This document shows, piece by piece, positions 36,941 to 46,587 of a stretch of DNA of 64,000 bases (position 1 is the first letter of the stretch; every line of letters starts with the position of its first letter). Under the pieces are notes generated by a model that worked only from the letters and a program-made list of their open reading frames with translations, made no database searches and was not told the DNA's origin. Made by a program: the position numbers and the translations under genes. The DNA is from an uncultured delta proteobacterium (GTDB lineage Bacteria; Myxococcota_A; Polyangia; Polyangiales; JAFGIB01): positions 1,576,924 through 1,640,923 of the forward strand of contig CAVZVA010000010.1 of NCBI GenBank assembly GCA_963778655.1. Reading direction: 5' to 3'.

Positions 36941-39900
36941 GATCTCGGTCGCGAACCGCTTCCTGGTGGTCGTGTTGGCCGTGGTCGCGCTGGCCGGCGG
37001 GGTGCTGGCGATGCGCGCCACGCCGCTCGACGCGATCCCGGACCTGTCCGACGTGCAGGTCATCATCTTCACCGAGTACCCGGGCCAGTCGCCCCAGGTG
37101 GTCGAGGACCAGGTCACATACCCGCTCACCAGCACCATGCTCTCGGTGCCGCGGTCGAAGGTCGTGCGCGGCTACTCCTTCTTCGGTCTGTCCTTCGTCT
37201 ACGTCATCTTCGAGGACGGCACGGACATGTACTGGGCACGCAGCCGCGTGCTTGAGTACCTCAACTACGCCGCCGGCCGCCTCCCGGAGGGGGTCACCCC
37301 TGCGTTGGGGCCGGACGCGACGGGCGTGGGCTGGGTGTACGAGTACATCCTCAAGTCCGACAACCACCACGACCTCGCCCAGCTGCGCTCGATCCAGGAC
37401 TGGCAGATCCGCTACCAGCTGCAGCAGGTCCCCGGCGTCGCCGAGGTTGCGAGCATCGGCGGATTCGTCAAGCAGTATCAGGTCACTGTCGACCCGCAGA
37501 AATTGCAGGCGTTCGGCATCCCGCTGGCCAAGGTGCGCGAGGCGATCAAGCGCAGCAACCGCGACGTGGGCGGTCGCGTCGTGGAGCTCGCCGAAACCGA
37601 GTTCATGGTGCGAGGCCTCGGTTACATCAAGTCGCTCGACGACATCCGCGAGATCCCGCTCGCGGTCAGCCCCGACCACGTCCCGGTGCGCATCGCCGAC
37701 GTGGCCACGGTCGGCGTCGGGCCGGAGATCCGGCGCGGGCTGGCCGACTGGAACGGCGAGGGCGAGGTCGTGGGCGGCATCGTCGTGATGCGCTACGGGC
37801 AGAACGCCAAGCAAGTGCTCGACGACGTCAAGCGCCAGGTCGCCAAGATTCAGCAGACGCTGCCCAAGGGGGTCACGATCGAGGCCGCCTACGATCGCTC
37901 GGGGCTGATCGAGCGCGCGGTGAAGACACTGCAGGGCAAGATCGTTGAGGAGTGCATCATCGTCGCGCTGGTCTGCATGCTGTTCTTGCTGCACGCGCGC
38001 AGCGCGCTGGTCGTGATCTTCACGTTGCCGGCCGGGATCCTGCTCGCCTTCATCATCATGCGCCTGCAGGGCATCAACGCCGACATCATGAGCCTGGGCG
38101 GAATTGCGATCGCGATCGGCGCCATGGTCGATGCCGCGATCGTGATGATCGAGAACATGCACAAGCACATCGAGCACGCGGAGCCCGACGCGGACCGCTG
38201 GCAGCTCGCGGTCGAGGCCTCCAAGGAAGTGGGCCCGTCGTTGTTCTTTTCGCTGCTCATCATCGCGCTGTCGTTTATGCCGGTATTCGCCCTGCAGGCG
38301 CAGGAAGGACGGCTGTTCAAACCGCTCGCGTACACCAAGACCTACGCGATGATCGCCGCCGCGCTGCTCAGCGTGACCGTGGTGCCGATCCTGATGGGGT
38401 ATCTGGTCCGCGGGCGCATTCGGGCCGAGTCGCGCAACCCGATCAACCGCGCGCTGGTCTTCGTCTATCGACCACCCTTACGCGCGGCGTTGCGCCATCC
38501 CGTGGTGACCTTCGGCGTGGCGCTGCTCGCGCTCGCGGGGGCCGTATGGCCGGTGTCGCAGCTCGGCAGCGAGTTCATGCCGCCCCTGGACGAAGGGGAC
38601 CTTCTGTATATGCCGTCCATGCTGCCAGGGGTCTCGATCACGAAGGCGCGGCAGGTGCTTCAGCAGACCGACCGCATCATCAAGAGCTTCCCGGAGGTCG
38701 ACCACGTGTTCGGCAAGGTGGGCCGTGCCGAGACGGCCACCGACCCGGCGCCGCTGAGCATGATCGAGACGGTGATCACGCTCAAGCCTCGTTCGCAATG
38801 GCGTGCCGGCATGACCAGCGAGAAGCTCGTGCGCGACCTCGACAGCGCGGTGCGTTTCCCGGGGCTGACGAACGCGTGGACCATGCCGATCAAGACGCGC
38901 ATCGACATGCTGGCGACCGGCATCAAGACGCCGGTCGGCATCAAGGTGATGGGCAGCGACCTGAATGAGCTCGCGAGGATTTCCGAGGCGATCGAAGCGG
39001 AGCTGCGCAACGTGCCGGGCACCGCGTCGGTGTACGCGGAGCGCGTCACCGGCGGCAACTTCCTCGACATCCGCATCAAACGCACCGCAGCGGCGCGCTA
39101 CGGCATCCAGGTCGACGACATCCAGAACGTCATTTCTTCGGCGATCGGCGGCATGAACGTGGGTCGCACGGTCGAAGGTCTGGAGCGCTACCCGATCAAC
39201 GTGCGCTATCCGCGTGAGCTCCGGCAATCGCTCAGCGCGATCAGGAGCGTGCTGGTCGATTCGCCGATGGGCCACTCGGTGCCCCTGGGTGAGCTTGCCG
39301 ACATCGGCTTCGTCAAGGGCGCGCCGGTCGTGAAGTCCGAGGGCGCGCAACCTACGGCGTGGATCTATGTCGATGTCACCGGCTCGGACATCGGCGGCTA
39401 CGTGCAGCGGGCCAAGCAGGTGGTGGCCCACAAGGTGAAGCTGCCTGCCGGCTACAGGCTGCTGTGGAGCGGACAGTTCGAGTACATGCAGCGCGCGGCC
39501 CAGCGCCTGCGGCTGATCGTGCCTGCGACCTTGCTGCTGGTGTTCATCCTGTTGTACCTGAATTTCGGCAGGCTCACGGAGTCGCTGTTGGTGATGTCGC
39601 TGTTGCCGTTTGCCCTGATCGGGGGCGTGTGGCTCGTGTATCTATTGCACTACGAGCTGAGCGTGGCCGTTGGGGTCGGCTTCATCGCGTTGGCCGGCGT
39701 ATCGGCCGAGATGGGCGTCGTCATGCTCGTGTACCTCGACCACGCCCTGCGCGACGCGCCGGCGGCAACCGACGGCGGGCCGCCGTCGCCGTCGGCGCTG
39801 CACACCACCGTTCTGGCCGGGGCCGCGGGCCGCGTGCGGCCGCTCGCGATGACGGTCTCGGCCATCATCTTCGGCCTGCTGCCGATCATGTGGAGCAGCG

Positions 39901-40049
39901 GGACCGGCGCGTCCGTCATGAAGCGGGTCGCGGCACCCATGATCGGAGGCATGATTTCGAGCACGCTCGTCACCCTGCTGGTGCTTCCAACGGTCTACAG
40001 CGTGATCGCATGCCGGCGCTTGCGAAGGGCCGAGCCCGCGCAGCGCTGA
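36921..40049 (+). CDS. cusA: CusA/CzcA family heavy-metal efflux RND transporter
   Basis: 1042 aa. N-terminus 'MLGRLIEISVANRFLVVVLAVVAL...AIPDLSDVQVIIFTEYPGQSPQVVEDQVTYPLT'. RND 12-TM, two-large-loop layout. ATG 36921 (GAGGA upstream) lies 20 nt inside cusB. Confidence 0.9.
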   Translation: MLGRLIEISVANRFLVVVLAVVALAGGVLAMRATPLDAIPDLSDVQVIIFTEYPGQSPQVVEDQVTYPLTSTMLSVPRSKVVRGYSFFGLSFVYVIFEDGTDMYWARSRVLEYLNYAAGRLPEGVTPALGPDATGVGWVYEYILKSDNHHDLAQLRSIQDWQIRYQLQQVPGVAEVASIGGFVKQYQVTVDPQKLQAFGIPLAKVREAIKRSNRDVGGRVVELAETEFMVRGLGYIKSLDDIREIPLAVSPDHVPVRIADVATVGVGPEIRRGLADWNGEGEVVGGIVVMRYGQNAKQVLDDVKRQVAKIQQTLPKGVTIEAAYDRSGLIERAVKTLQGKIVEECIIVALVCMLFLLHARSALVVIFTLPAGILLAFIIMRLQGINADIMSLGGIAIAIGAMVDAAIVMIENMHKHIEHAEPDADRWQLAVEASKEVGPSLFFSLLIIALSFMPVFALQAQEGRLFKPLAYTKTYAMIAAALLSVTVVPILMGYLVRGRIRAESRNPINRALVFVYRPPLRAALRHPVVTFGVALLALAGAVWPVSQLGSEFMPPLDEGDLLYMPSMLPGVSITKARQVLQQTDRIIKSFPEVDHVFGKVGRAETATDPAPLSMIETVITLKPRSQWRAGMTSEKLVRDLDSAVRFPGLTNAWTMPIKTRIDMLATGIKTPVGIKVMGSDLNELARISEAIEAELRNVPGTASVYAERVTGGNFLDIRIKRTAAARYGIQVDDIQNVISSAIGGMNVGRTVEGLERYPINVRYPRELRQSLSAIRSVLVDSPMGHSVPLGELADIGFVKGAPVVKSEGAQPTAWIYVDVTGSDIGGYVQRAKQVVAHKVKLPAGYRLLWSGQFEYMQRAAQRLRLIVPATLLLVFILLYLNFGRLTESLLVMSLLPFALIGGVWLVYLLHYELSVAVGVGFIALAGVSAEMGVVMLVYLDHALRDAPAATDGGPPSPSALHTTVLAGAAGRVRPLAMTVSAIIFGLLPIMWSSGTGASVMKRVAAPMIGGMISSTLVTLLVLPTVYSVIACRRLRRAEPAQR

Positions 40050-40154
40050 CCTCGAGCAGGGGCGTGCTCCATCTGCGCCCGCCGCTATGGGTCGGGAACC
40101 GACGATCGAGCCGGAGCCCAAGCGACCCGGCAGTCGCCGGAGACCGGCCCTTCG

Positions 40155-41363
40155 CTAGCGGCCGACGTTCTGGTCGTAGTGCACAGTCAGCGCGCCCGAG
40201 GCCGCGACGCGGCGCACCAGCAGCGCGCCGTAGACGGTGAGGGCGTCCGCCGTGACCAGCTCGGCGTTCGGCGCGTACAGCACGCCTTGCAGCGTGCCGC
40301 CGCCGGTGAGCTGGACCGTACCCGCGCCGCCGACGTAGATGCGGACCGGTCCCTGCCCCGGCTGCTCGCCGAGCGCGATGCGGCCGTCCACGCTCAGATC
40401 GCCGGCGACGAACAAGTCGAGCTCCGCACCGGTCGCGACGTCGGCGCGGAAATCGCCGCCGACATGCAGATCGCCCGGCACATAGATCGCGGCGCGCGCG
40501 CGCAGCTGCAGCCCGAGCGCGGCCGGGCTCAAATCTTGCAGCACGTATTGTGCGCAGTCGCGCGCCAGCGCCGCGCTCGGGTCGCGCAGCGACACCGCGC
40601 CCGTCGCCGCACCGCGCACCAGCGCGCCTACGTCGAGCACCGAGGCGGCGTCGCAGGCGCACGGCGGCGCGATCTGCACCTCGGCGCTGCGCATCCCGCC
40701 GAGCTGACGGGTGCCCGAGATGTTCTGCATTGCACCGGCTGGTTGGGTGAGCACCCCGTCCACGCGCAGATCGCCGAGCTCGATGCGTCCGGCGACCTGC
40801 GCGTTGCCGCCCGCGCTCACGCTGGCACCGGCGCCCTGCAGCGGGCCGCCGCTCGCCAGGTCTGCGCCGACCTCGAGCTGCACGCTCGCGCCCAGGTTGA
40901 TCCCGCTGCTGCCGGCCACGATCAGCGCGCCGTCGATGCTGGAGGACCCGTCCAGGCCGAGCTCCCCGTTGACGCCCACGTCGCCTCCCGGCATGCCGGC
41001 CGCGTACGGCCCGTCGGCGCCGTCGAAGGCGTCGGTCTGCAGCGTGTCACCGGCCGCGAACCCGGTGCAGGCGCAAATCGCGTGCTGCAGCCCGCCCGCG
41101 ACCAGCGCATCGAGCGTCGTCGTACGCCCGCCCGCGCCCACGCTCTGGATGCGGTAGGAGCAGCTCGCCGGCGGGCTCGAGCTCGCGTCGGTGTCCGAGC
41201 CGGCGTCGGTGTCCGAGCCCGCATCCGCGTGGGCGCCGGCGTCCGACCCCGCGTCCAAGGCGGGGCTCGACCCGGCCTTGCGCAACGCCACTACATCGAG
41301 CTGTGCGCAGCCTGCCCAGCCTGCCAGCAGACACACGCACAGCGCGTATTCACGGCCCCGCAT
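40155..41363 (-). CDS. hypothetical lipoprotein with beta-helix-like Gly-rich repeats
   Basis: ATG 41363 gives 'MRGREYALCVCLLAGWAGC' (lipobox), followed by an Asp/Ala/Gly/Ser linker. Repetitive 'GDVGVNGELGLDGSSSIDGALIVAGSSGINLGASVQLEVGADL'. The C-terminus is 'GVLYAPNAELVTADALTVYGALLVRRVAASGALTVHYD'. Overlaps the upstream gene by 14 nt. Confidence 0.55.
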   Translation of the reverse strand: MRGREYALCVCLLAGWAGCAQLDVVALRKAGSSPALDAGSDAGAHADAGSDTDAGSDTDASSSPPASCSYRIQSVGAGGRTTTLDALVAGGLQHAICACTGFAAGDTLQTDAFDGADGPYAAGMPGGDVGVNGELGLDGSSSIDGALIVAGSSGINLGASVQLEVGADLASGGPLQGAGASVSAGGNAQVAGRIELGDLRVDGVLTQPAGAMQNISGTRQLGGMRSAEVQIAPPCACDAASVLDVGALVRGAATGAVSLRDPSAALARDCAQYVLQDLSPAALGLQLRARAAIYVPGDLHVGGDFRADVATGAELDLFVAGDLSVDGRIALGEQPGQGPVRIYVGGAGTVQLTGGGTLQGVLYAPNAELVTADALTVYGALLVRRVAASGALTVHYDQNVGR

Positions 41364-42156
41364 CGAGCACCTGCAGGCGCTTCCTCGCTCGCTCGGCCGC
41401 CGGTCCAGACGGCTGCGCGGCGAGCAACGCCTGCAGCATGCGCTGTTCGTCGCTCGCGCGCCCGAGCGCCTGGTAGGCGTGGGCCATACCCTCGCGGATC
41501 TCCGGCGTGAGCGCGCCGGTCGGGCTCTGCCGCAGCGCCTGCTGATAGAGGCGCAGCGCGCCCCTGGGGTCGCCGAGCTGCTCCAGTCGCAAGCTGGCCG
41601 CGGCGGTGCGCGCGCTATACGCGGTGGCGCCGCCCGCGCCCTGTGCCGCGGCCCGCAAGTACACGCGCTCGGCCGCGCGGTAGTGGCCCTCGCCACGCAG
41701 GCGGTTGGCGCGCTGCAACAGATCCTCGGTCGCTCGGGCGCCGCGCTCGCTGGCGCTTGGCCGCGCGCTCGACTGCGGCGCGGGCTTCGGCTGCGCCGGG
41801 CTGGGCGCGGGCGCCAGCGCGGGCTCGGCGCTCGCGGGGGCCGGCATCGCCGCTGCCGGCGCGGCCGCGCTCGGCGGTTGTGGCTGCGGCGGCTGCTGTG
41901 GCTGCGGCGCGCGCAGCGCGGCGTACATCGCCGCGGCGGCCGAGCCGCCCAGCACGACCGCGGCCGCGAGCAACCAGGCGGCGCGCTTGCCCTTGGTCGT
42001 GCGCGCGCGCGCCGGTCCGCCCGGCAGCGCGCCGTCGACCGCGCGCTCGACCAGCGCGGCGGCCGCCGCCGCGTCGATGCGTTCGGCCGGGCCTTCGCCG
42101 TCGGCCGACAGCAAGCCCTGCAGCTCCCACGAAGCGAAGTCGATAGGGTCAGCCAT
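41350..42156 (-). CDS. putative anti-sigma factor (single TM, Pro/Ala linker, TPR-like C-terminus); call is position-based
   Basis: 8-nt overlap with the ECF sigma gene. TM 'AAWLLAAAVVLGGSAAAAMYAAL'. 'PQPQQPPQPQPP' linker. The C-terminus 'ANRLRGEGHYRAAERVYLRAAAQG...LRLYQQALRQSP' is TPR-like. No zinc anti-sigma motif seen. Confidence 0.45.
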   Translation of the reverse strand: MADPIDFASWELQGLLSADGEGPAERIDAAAAAALVERAVDGALPGGPARARTTKGKRAAWLLAAAVVLGGSAAAAMYAALRAPQPQQPPQPQPPSAAAPAAAMPAPASAEPALAPAPSPAQPKPAPQSSARPSASERGARATEDLLQRANRLRGEGHYRAAERVYLRAAAQGAGGATAYSARTAAASLRLEQLGDPRGALRLYQQALRQSPTGALTPEIREGMAHAYQALGRASDEQRMLQALLAAQPSGPAAERARKRLQVLDAGP

Positions 42157-42784
42157 GCTCGTCTCTCCCGCCCGGGTAGTGATCGCGCAGCCGTTCCATG
42201 CCGAGCCGCAAGCGGCTCTTGGCCGTGTCGAAGCTTACGCCGAGCTCGGCTGCGAGCTCGGGCACGCTCATACCGATCACGTGATGCAGCACCAGCGCCT
42301 GGCGCTGCGCCTCCGGAATGCCGTCGAGCACCTGCGCCAGCCGCCTGCGTGCCGCGTAGTTCTCGGCTTCGGGCGCAGTGGTGTGTAAGGCGTGCAGCTC
42401 CTTGTCCAGGCGGTCGCGCTGCTCGCGCTCGCGCTGGCGGCGTCCCAGCTGGCGCATCACCGTGCGCACGGTGATGCGGTCGGCCCAGGTGGTCAGGCTG
42501 CTCTCGCCGCGGAAGCTGGGCAGCGCGCGCAGCACCTCGATCAGCGCGTTCTGCGTGAAGTCGTCGACATCCGCATCGCTGCGCACCAGAAAGCGCACAA
42601 CGTTGCGCGTGCGCGGCAGCAGCTCCGCGCAGAGCGAGGACGCCGCGCTGCGATCGCCGGACGCGGCGGCCGCGATGCGCGCGTCATCGCCGGCGATGCG
42701 CGTGGGCGCTGGCTTGCGCGGGGCTTGTGGCTCCGGCAGCGCAACCAGCACGCGCTCGCTTCGCTTCGAGGGCTCGGCCATCAT
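42149..42784 (-). CDS. ECF (group 4) RNA polymerase sigma-70 family factor
   Basis: Region 2 'DVDDFTQNALIEVLRALPSFRGESSLTTWADRITVR'. Region 4 'EAQRQALVLHHVIGMSVPELAAELGVSFDTAKSRLRLGMERLR'. It carries an N-terminal extension of about 45 aa. Confidence 0.85.
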   Translation of the reverse strand: MMAEPSKRSERVLVALPEPQAPRKPAPTRIAGDDARIAAAASGDRSAASSLCAELLPRTRNVVRFLVRSDADVDDFTQNALIEVLRALPSFRGESSLTTWADRITVRTVMRQLGRRQREREQRDRLDKELHALHTTAPEAENYAARRRLAQVLDGIPEAQRQALVLHHVIGMSVPELAAELGVSFDTAKSRLRLGMERLRDHYPGGRDEHG

Positions 42785-42977
42785 TGCCAGAGTACAGTGG
42801 AAAGGCTCGCGCGCATCGGGTCAGCCGTAAGCGTGCCCGGGGCCGCGGAATCCGCGCAATTTCGGGCCGATGTGAGGGAAGGGAGCGGGCTGTGAGTGGC
42901 CCGCGCAGCAGGAGCTTTGCACAGCGCGGCGGGAACGCGCCTTCCCGTTCGTGCGCGCTCCCGCCAACCCGGCGGGT

Positions 42978-44222
42978 CTATAGCTTAAGTCGCAGGTACG
43001 GTCCGAGGTGCGCGTGTGGCTGGATGAGCCACAGCGCGCGGTCGACGTGATCGCGCGCGTTGTCGTAGCGGAGCACCGGCGCCGCGGGCACGACCAGCGC
43101 GCCCAGCGCGAGCTCGAAGCCGAAGCTGGCCCGCGCGCCGGAAAGCAACACGAAACGCGCGCGCAACGCGAGCCCGAGCGCGAACGCCAGCGGCGTGTGG
43201 GCCGGCGCGGGCTGCAGCCCGGCATCCACCCGCGTGGTCTTGCGCGCGAACGCGGCCACACCGGCGGCCGCGCCCAGCGCGAGCTGCACGCGCGCCCGCC
43301 GCACCACGTCGAGCGATGCGCCGCCGAGCAGCACGTGCCGCCGCAACGTGATGCGGGTCTGCGGGTCGCGCAGCGTGACCGCAAGCGCGGTCTGCGCCTC
43401 GGCCGCAAGCTCGACCCGACCGAGCGCTACACCCAACCGCGCCCACGGTCCTTGTTGCAGCGGGCTCTGACCATCGAGCGCCAGGTCCCATCCCCCGCTG
43501 GCCGCAAGCGCGACGCGCCGGCCCGCCGGCACCGCGCTCCCCTCGCCCCCGCCTCCATCCTCTCCCGTGCCCGCGCCTTCCGACGTCCCCGTTCCGCCGC
43601 CTGCGCTGCTGATCGTTCCACCATGCGCGCCCTTACCCGCGCCCTTACCCGCGCCCGCCCCCGTGCCCGTGCCCGTGCCCCCGCCCGTGCCGGTGCCCTT
43701 ACCCGCCCCCGCCCCCGCGCCCGTGCCCCCGCCCCCGGCTTCATCGCTGCCCGCGCCTGCGGCCACCGCTTCGCCCACGGTCTGGTCGGCCGCCAGCGCG
43801 CGCAGCGCCGAGCGCACCGCGAGCGCCAGCGCCTCGAGCGCGGCCGAGTCGGCCAACGCGCCCGCCGCCGGGTCGAGCTCGAAGCGCCGCTCGAGCAGGC
43901 GGTGCTTGCGCGGGTCGTAGAGCCGCAACGTGTACGCGCCATTGTCCTCGCGCGTCACCCACAAGGCGGCACGCGCCTGGCTGGCACGCGCCGCCTGCGC
44001 GGCGACCTGCAGTCGATCTTCGCCTGCACGTCCCGCCACGCGCTGCAGCTGCCAGGGCAGGTCCGCGGTCTGCCCCGTGATGCGCGCCTCGACCCCGGCC
44101 GGCAGCGGCGACAGCAGCAGCAGCCGCGCGGGCACCGCAGGCGCGTTGGTTTGGCCGCTCGCGAGCGCCGCCGACCCCAGAAGAGCTACCAAGGCCGCGC
44201 CCAGCGCGACACAGGCCCGCAT
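42978..44222 (-). CDS. secreted protein: N-terminal domain, Gly-rich (GA/GT/GK)n linker, beta-barrel-like C-terminal half
   Basis: Signal 'MRACVALGAALVALLGSAALASG'. The C-terminal ~190 aa shows alternating hydrophobic patterns ('RVELAAEAQTALAVTL', 'RVQLALGAAAGVAAF', 'ASFGFELALGALVV') and ends 'GPYLRLKL'. No family recognised. Confidence 0.5.
   Translation of the reverse strand: MRACVALGAALVALLGSAALASGQTNAPAVPARLLLLSPLPAGVEARITGQTADLPWQLQRVAGRAGEDRLQVAAQAARASQARAALWVTREDNGAYTLRLYDPRKHRLLERRFELDPAAGALADSAALEALALAVRSALRALAADQTVGEAVAAGAGSDEAGGGGTGAGAGAGKGTGTGGGTGTGTGAGAGKGAGKGAHGGTISSAGGGTGTSEGAGTGEDGGGGEGSAVPAGRRVALAASGGWDLALDGQSPLQQGPWARLGVALGRVELAAEAQTALAVTLRDPQTRITLRRHVLLGGASLDVVRRARVQLALGAAAGVAAFARKTTRVDAGLQPAPAHTPLAFALGLALRARFVLLSGARASFGFELALGALVVPAAPVLRYDNARDHVDRALWLIQPHAHLGPYLRLKL
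43628..43737. repeat. degenerate (GCCCKY)n / (GCCCTTACCCGC) hexanucleotide tract, same type as 25231..25376
   Basis: Read directly: gcccttacccgcgcccttacccgcgcccgcccccgtgcccgtgcccgtgcccccgcccgtgccggtgcccttacccgccccc... The minus-strand translation is 'GTGAGAGAGKGTGTGGGTGTGTGAGAGKGAGKG'. Confidence 0.75.
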
Positions 44223-44466
44223 GGGGCGGGTCTACCAGCGCCCGCGCCAAGTCGCACCAAAATTGTCGGCGTCCCGGACCGAGAAACCCGCCCCGCCCCG
44301 TGACGCGAATGGGCGCGCGTCCGGCGAGCGCGCGGGTCTCGCGCGGCACGCCGGCCCGTGTGCGAGCGGCGACTACACGTGCGGCACCGAACGCGCCCGC
44401 TTGGTTGTATCTCGCAAATCGGCACGCGTATGATCTCGTGATCTCGCGAGAAGGGGGCCGTGCCAC

Positions 44467-46506
44467 ATGCCGGTGAGAGAATGCGTCCCGATCGGTCCGT
44501 CGATCTCGATCTTCATCTTCGGCGTCGCCTTTCTTGCGGCTTGCGGTGGCGGCGGCGCCGGCACGGTGGCCGCCGGTAAAGGCGGCTCCAGCAACTCCGG
44601 CGGTGCCGGCAAGAGCTCCAAGCCCAAGATCGACGGCGGCACGAGCTCCGATGCGTCCAGCGGCGGCCAGCCCAGCGACGGCGGATCGCCGATCATGGGC
44701 GCGGAAGACTCCGGCGCACCGGTCGAGGGCGCGCCGGACGTGGAGATCCTGGAGCCCGCGCCGGCCGCCGATCCCAACGCGGACCCGATCATCACGACCA
44801 ACATGGCGACGGTGCGCTGCAAGGTCACCAAGTCCCAGGTACCGGGAGCGCGTGACGTCAACCAGAGCACGGTCCGCATCCTGCTGGCCAACCCGAAGGA
44901 CGCGAACATGCCGACTGTCGGCACGCTCACTGCGCTCGCCGACAACACTTTCGAGGCGAAGTTCAACCTCAGCGAGCTCCCAAACGGGGCGCTGCACTTT
45001 TCCTGCGACGCGGCCGACGTCGGCTCGCCTCCGATTACCGGCTCCGCAGCCGTCGATAGCTTCCTCGACCTGGGGCCCTCGATCGACGTGATCGAGCCCA
45101 AACCGGGCAGCAACCACGCGCTGGGAACCCCCGTGCTGATCAAGTTCCAAATCACGCCGGACCCCGTCAGCAGCGACGACATGCAGGCGACCCCCACCGA
45201 GATCGCGCTCGACGTCTCGGGCCAGGCGTTCGACTTCACCGAGGACTCGAGTCAACCGGGCCTGTTCACGGCCAATGTGCCCTTCAACGACAAGACGCTC
45301 TTTCCGATGGCGCCGACCTCGTCCGACATCACGGTCTCGGCCGCCAGCAGCCGCATGCCCGACGCGCCCACGCGCGTCCACAAGGTCCACATCAACCTCG
45401 ATTCGGACGGCCCCACGATCGTGATCAACAAACCCGGGGACTTGCAGATCGTTCGCGGAGAGGTGGGCCTGGAGCTCAACATCACAGACGCTTCCGGGGT
45501 CGACCCGAGTACCGTCTTTGCCACCATCAACAGCAGCTTCACGCTGATGCCGTCGGACTGGACCGCGAACGGGAGCACCTATACCGCGCAGTTCGACACG
45601 CTCGCCTTCGGCACCGACCTCACCGAGATCACGATCAACGTCAGCGCCAGCGACGTTGTCGGCAACCAGAACACGGTGTCCCTGGTGCTCCGTCTGGACA
45701 ACCGCCCCCCGATCATGAGCCTCGACCCGCCGCCGATCCGCGAATACAACCAAAGCGGCGTATGCAGCGACCCCTTCGACCCGGTCGGGGCCGACGCGAC
45801 CAACGACGGAGACACGGTTCTGGACGCGTCGCTCTATCGCTTGCTGATCTGGGATGAGACCAATCACGTCCCCGGAGAGACCTACTCGTACATCGCCGGG
45901 GTCGAGCCGACCACGGTCAAGCTCTTCGTGCAGCAGCCGTCGAAGCCGTTCCTGATCGACACCGACGGCGACGGGGTTTGCGACGACATCGCCAAGTGGA
46001 ACGACAACAAGGGGCCCGACGCGCCGGTGCACGTCGACCTCGTGGGGCTCAACATCCGTGGGATGTCGTTCTACGATCACGCGGCCGACTTCAGCGATCC
46101 GGCGAACCTCGCCCCTGATTGCATGCTCAACCCGGGGACCCCCGTGCCCCCCATGCCGCTCTGCCCGGTCACGCCGATGACGCGCATCGTCGCGGGGCCG
46201 AGCGACGACGCGCCCAAGGCGGTCTACGCCTTCGGCCAGCCGACCAACAGCAACCTGGGCCCATGCGCAGGCGAGGGCTGGGATGTCTACGGGGCCATGG
46301 GCAACACCGAAGGCTGGCTCTGCCTGGCGGCTCGCGCCGAAGACAAGATCGGCAACGTCGGCATCTCGCCGCCGCTGCGCGTTTGCGTGACCCACGGCAC
46401 CGACGCGCCAACCTGCAATCCGTCCACCGATACCTGGCCCACGTGCACCGACAACTGCACCCCGCCGCCCAACATCGCCAGGGATCAACAGCTGTTGGCG
46501 CGGTGA
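44467..46506 (+). CDS. large hypothetical lipoprotein with Ig-like/beta-sandwich repeats and a Cys-rich C-terminus
   Basis: Lipobox 'IFIFGVAFLAAC' and a Gly/Ser linker. Several ~90-aa segments have an Ig-like pattern ('VEILEPA...TVRCKVT', 'IDVIEPKPGS...VLIKFQI', 'PTIVINKPGDLQIVRGEVGLELNITD'). The C-terminus is 'CVTHGTDAPTCNPSTDTWPTCTDNC'. Confidence 0.6.
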   Translation: MPVRECVPIGPSISIFIFGVAFLAACGGGGAGTVAAGKGGSSNSGGAGKSSKPKIDGGTSSDASSGGQPSDGGSPIMGAEDSGAPVEGAPDVEILEPAPAADPNADPIITTNMATVRCKVTKSQVPGARDVNQSTVRILLANPKDANMPTVGTLTALADNTFEAKFNLSELPNGALHFSCDAADVGSPPITGSAAVDSFLDLGPSIDVIEPKPGSNHALGTPVLIKFQITPDPVSSDDMQATPTEIALDVSGQAFDFTEDSSQPGLFTANVPFNDKTLFPMAPTSSDITVSAASSRMPDAPTRVHKVHINLDSDGPTIVINKPGDLQIVRGEVGLELNITDASGVDPSTVFATINSSFTLMPSDWTANGSTYTAQFDTLAFGTDLTEITINVSASDVVGNQNTVSLVLRLDNRPPIMSLDPPPIREYNQSGVCSDPFDPVGADATNDGDTVLDASLYRLLIWDETNHVPGETYSYIAGVEPTTVKLFVQQPSKPFLIDTDGDGVCDDIAKWNDNKGPDAPVHVDLVGLNIRGMSFYDHAADFSDPANLAPDCMLNPGTPVPPMPLCPVTPMTRIVAGPSDDAPKAVYAFGQPTNSNLGPCAGEGWDVYGAMGNTEGWLCLAARAEDKIGNVGISPPLRVCVTHGTDAPTCNPSTDTWPTCTDNCTPPPNIARDQQLLAR

Positions 46507-46587
46507 TTTGGCGAAATTCCGCATGACCCGGCTGGCCGGGTGGTCCCCACTATGGGTGCGGTGGCCCACGCCGCCGGAGTCCCGACC

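Noticed and set aside
42925-42976. 'GGGAAC' near 42931 as an ECF autoregulatory promoter, and the hairpin cccgcc-aaccc-ggcggg (42960-42976) as a terminator between the barrel-like gene and the sigma gene.
   Set aside because: The GGAAC is on the wrong strand for the sigma gene and lacks a properly spaced -10. The 6-bp hairpin has no T-tract, and hairpins like it are frequent in this GC-rich sequence. There is not enough support to list either as a feature.
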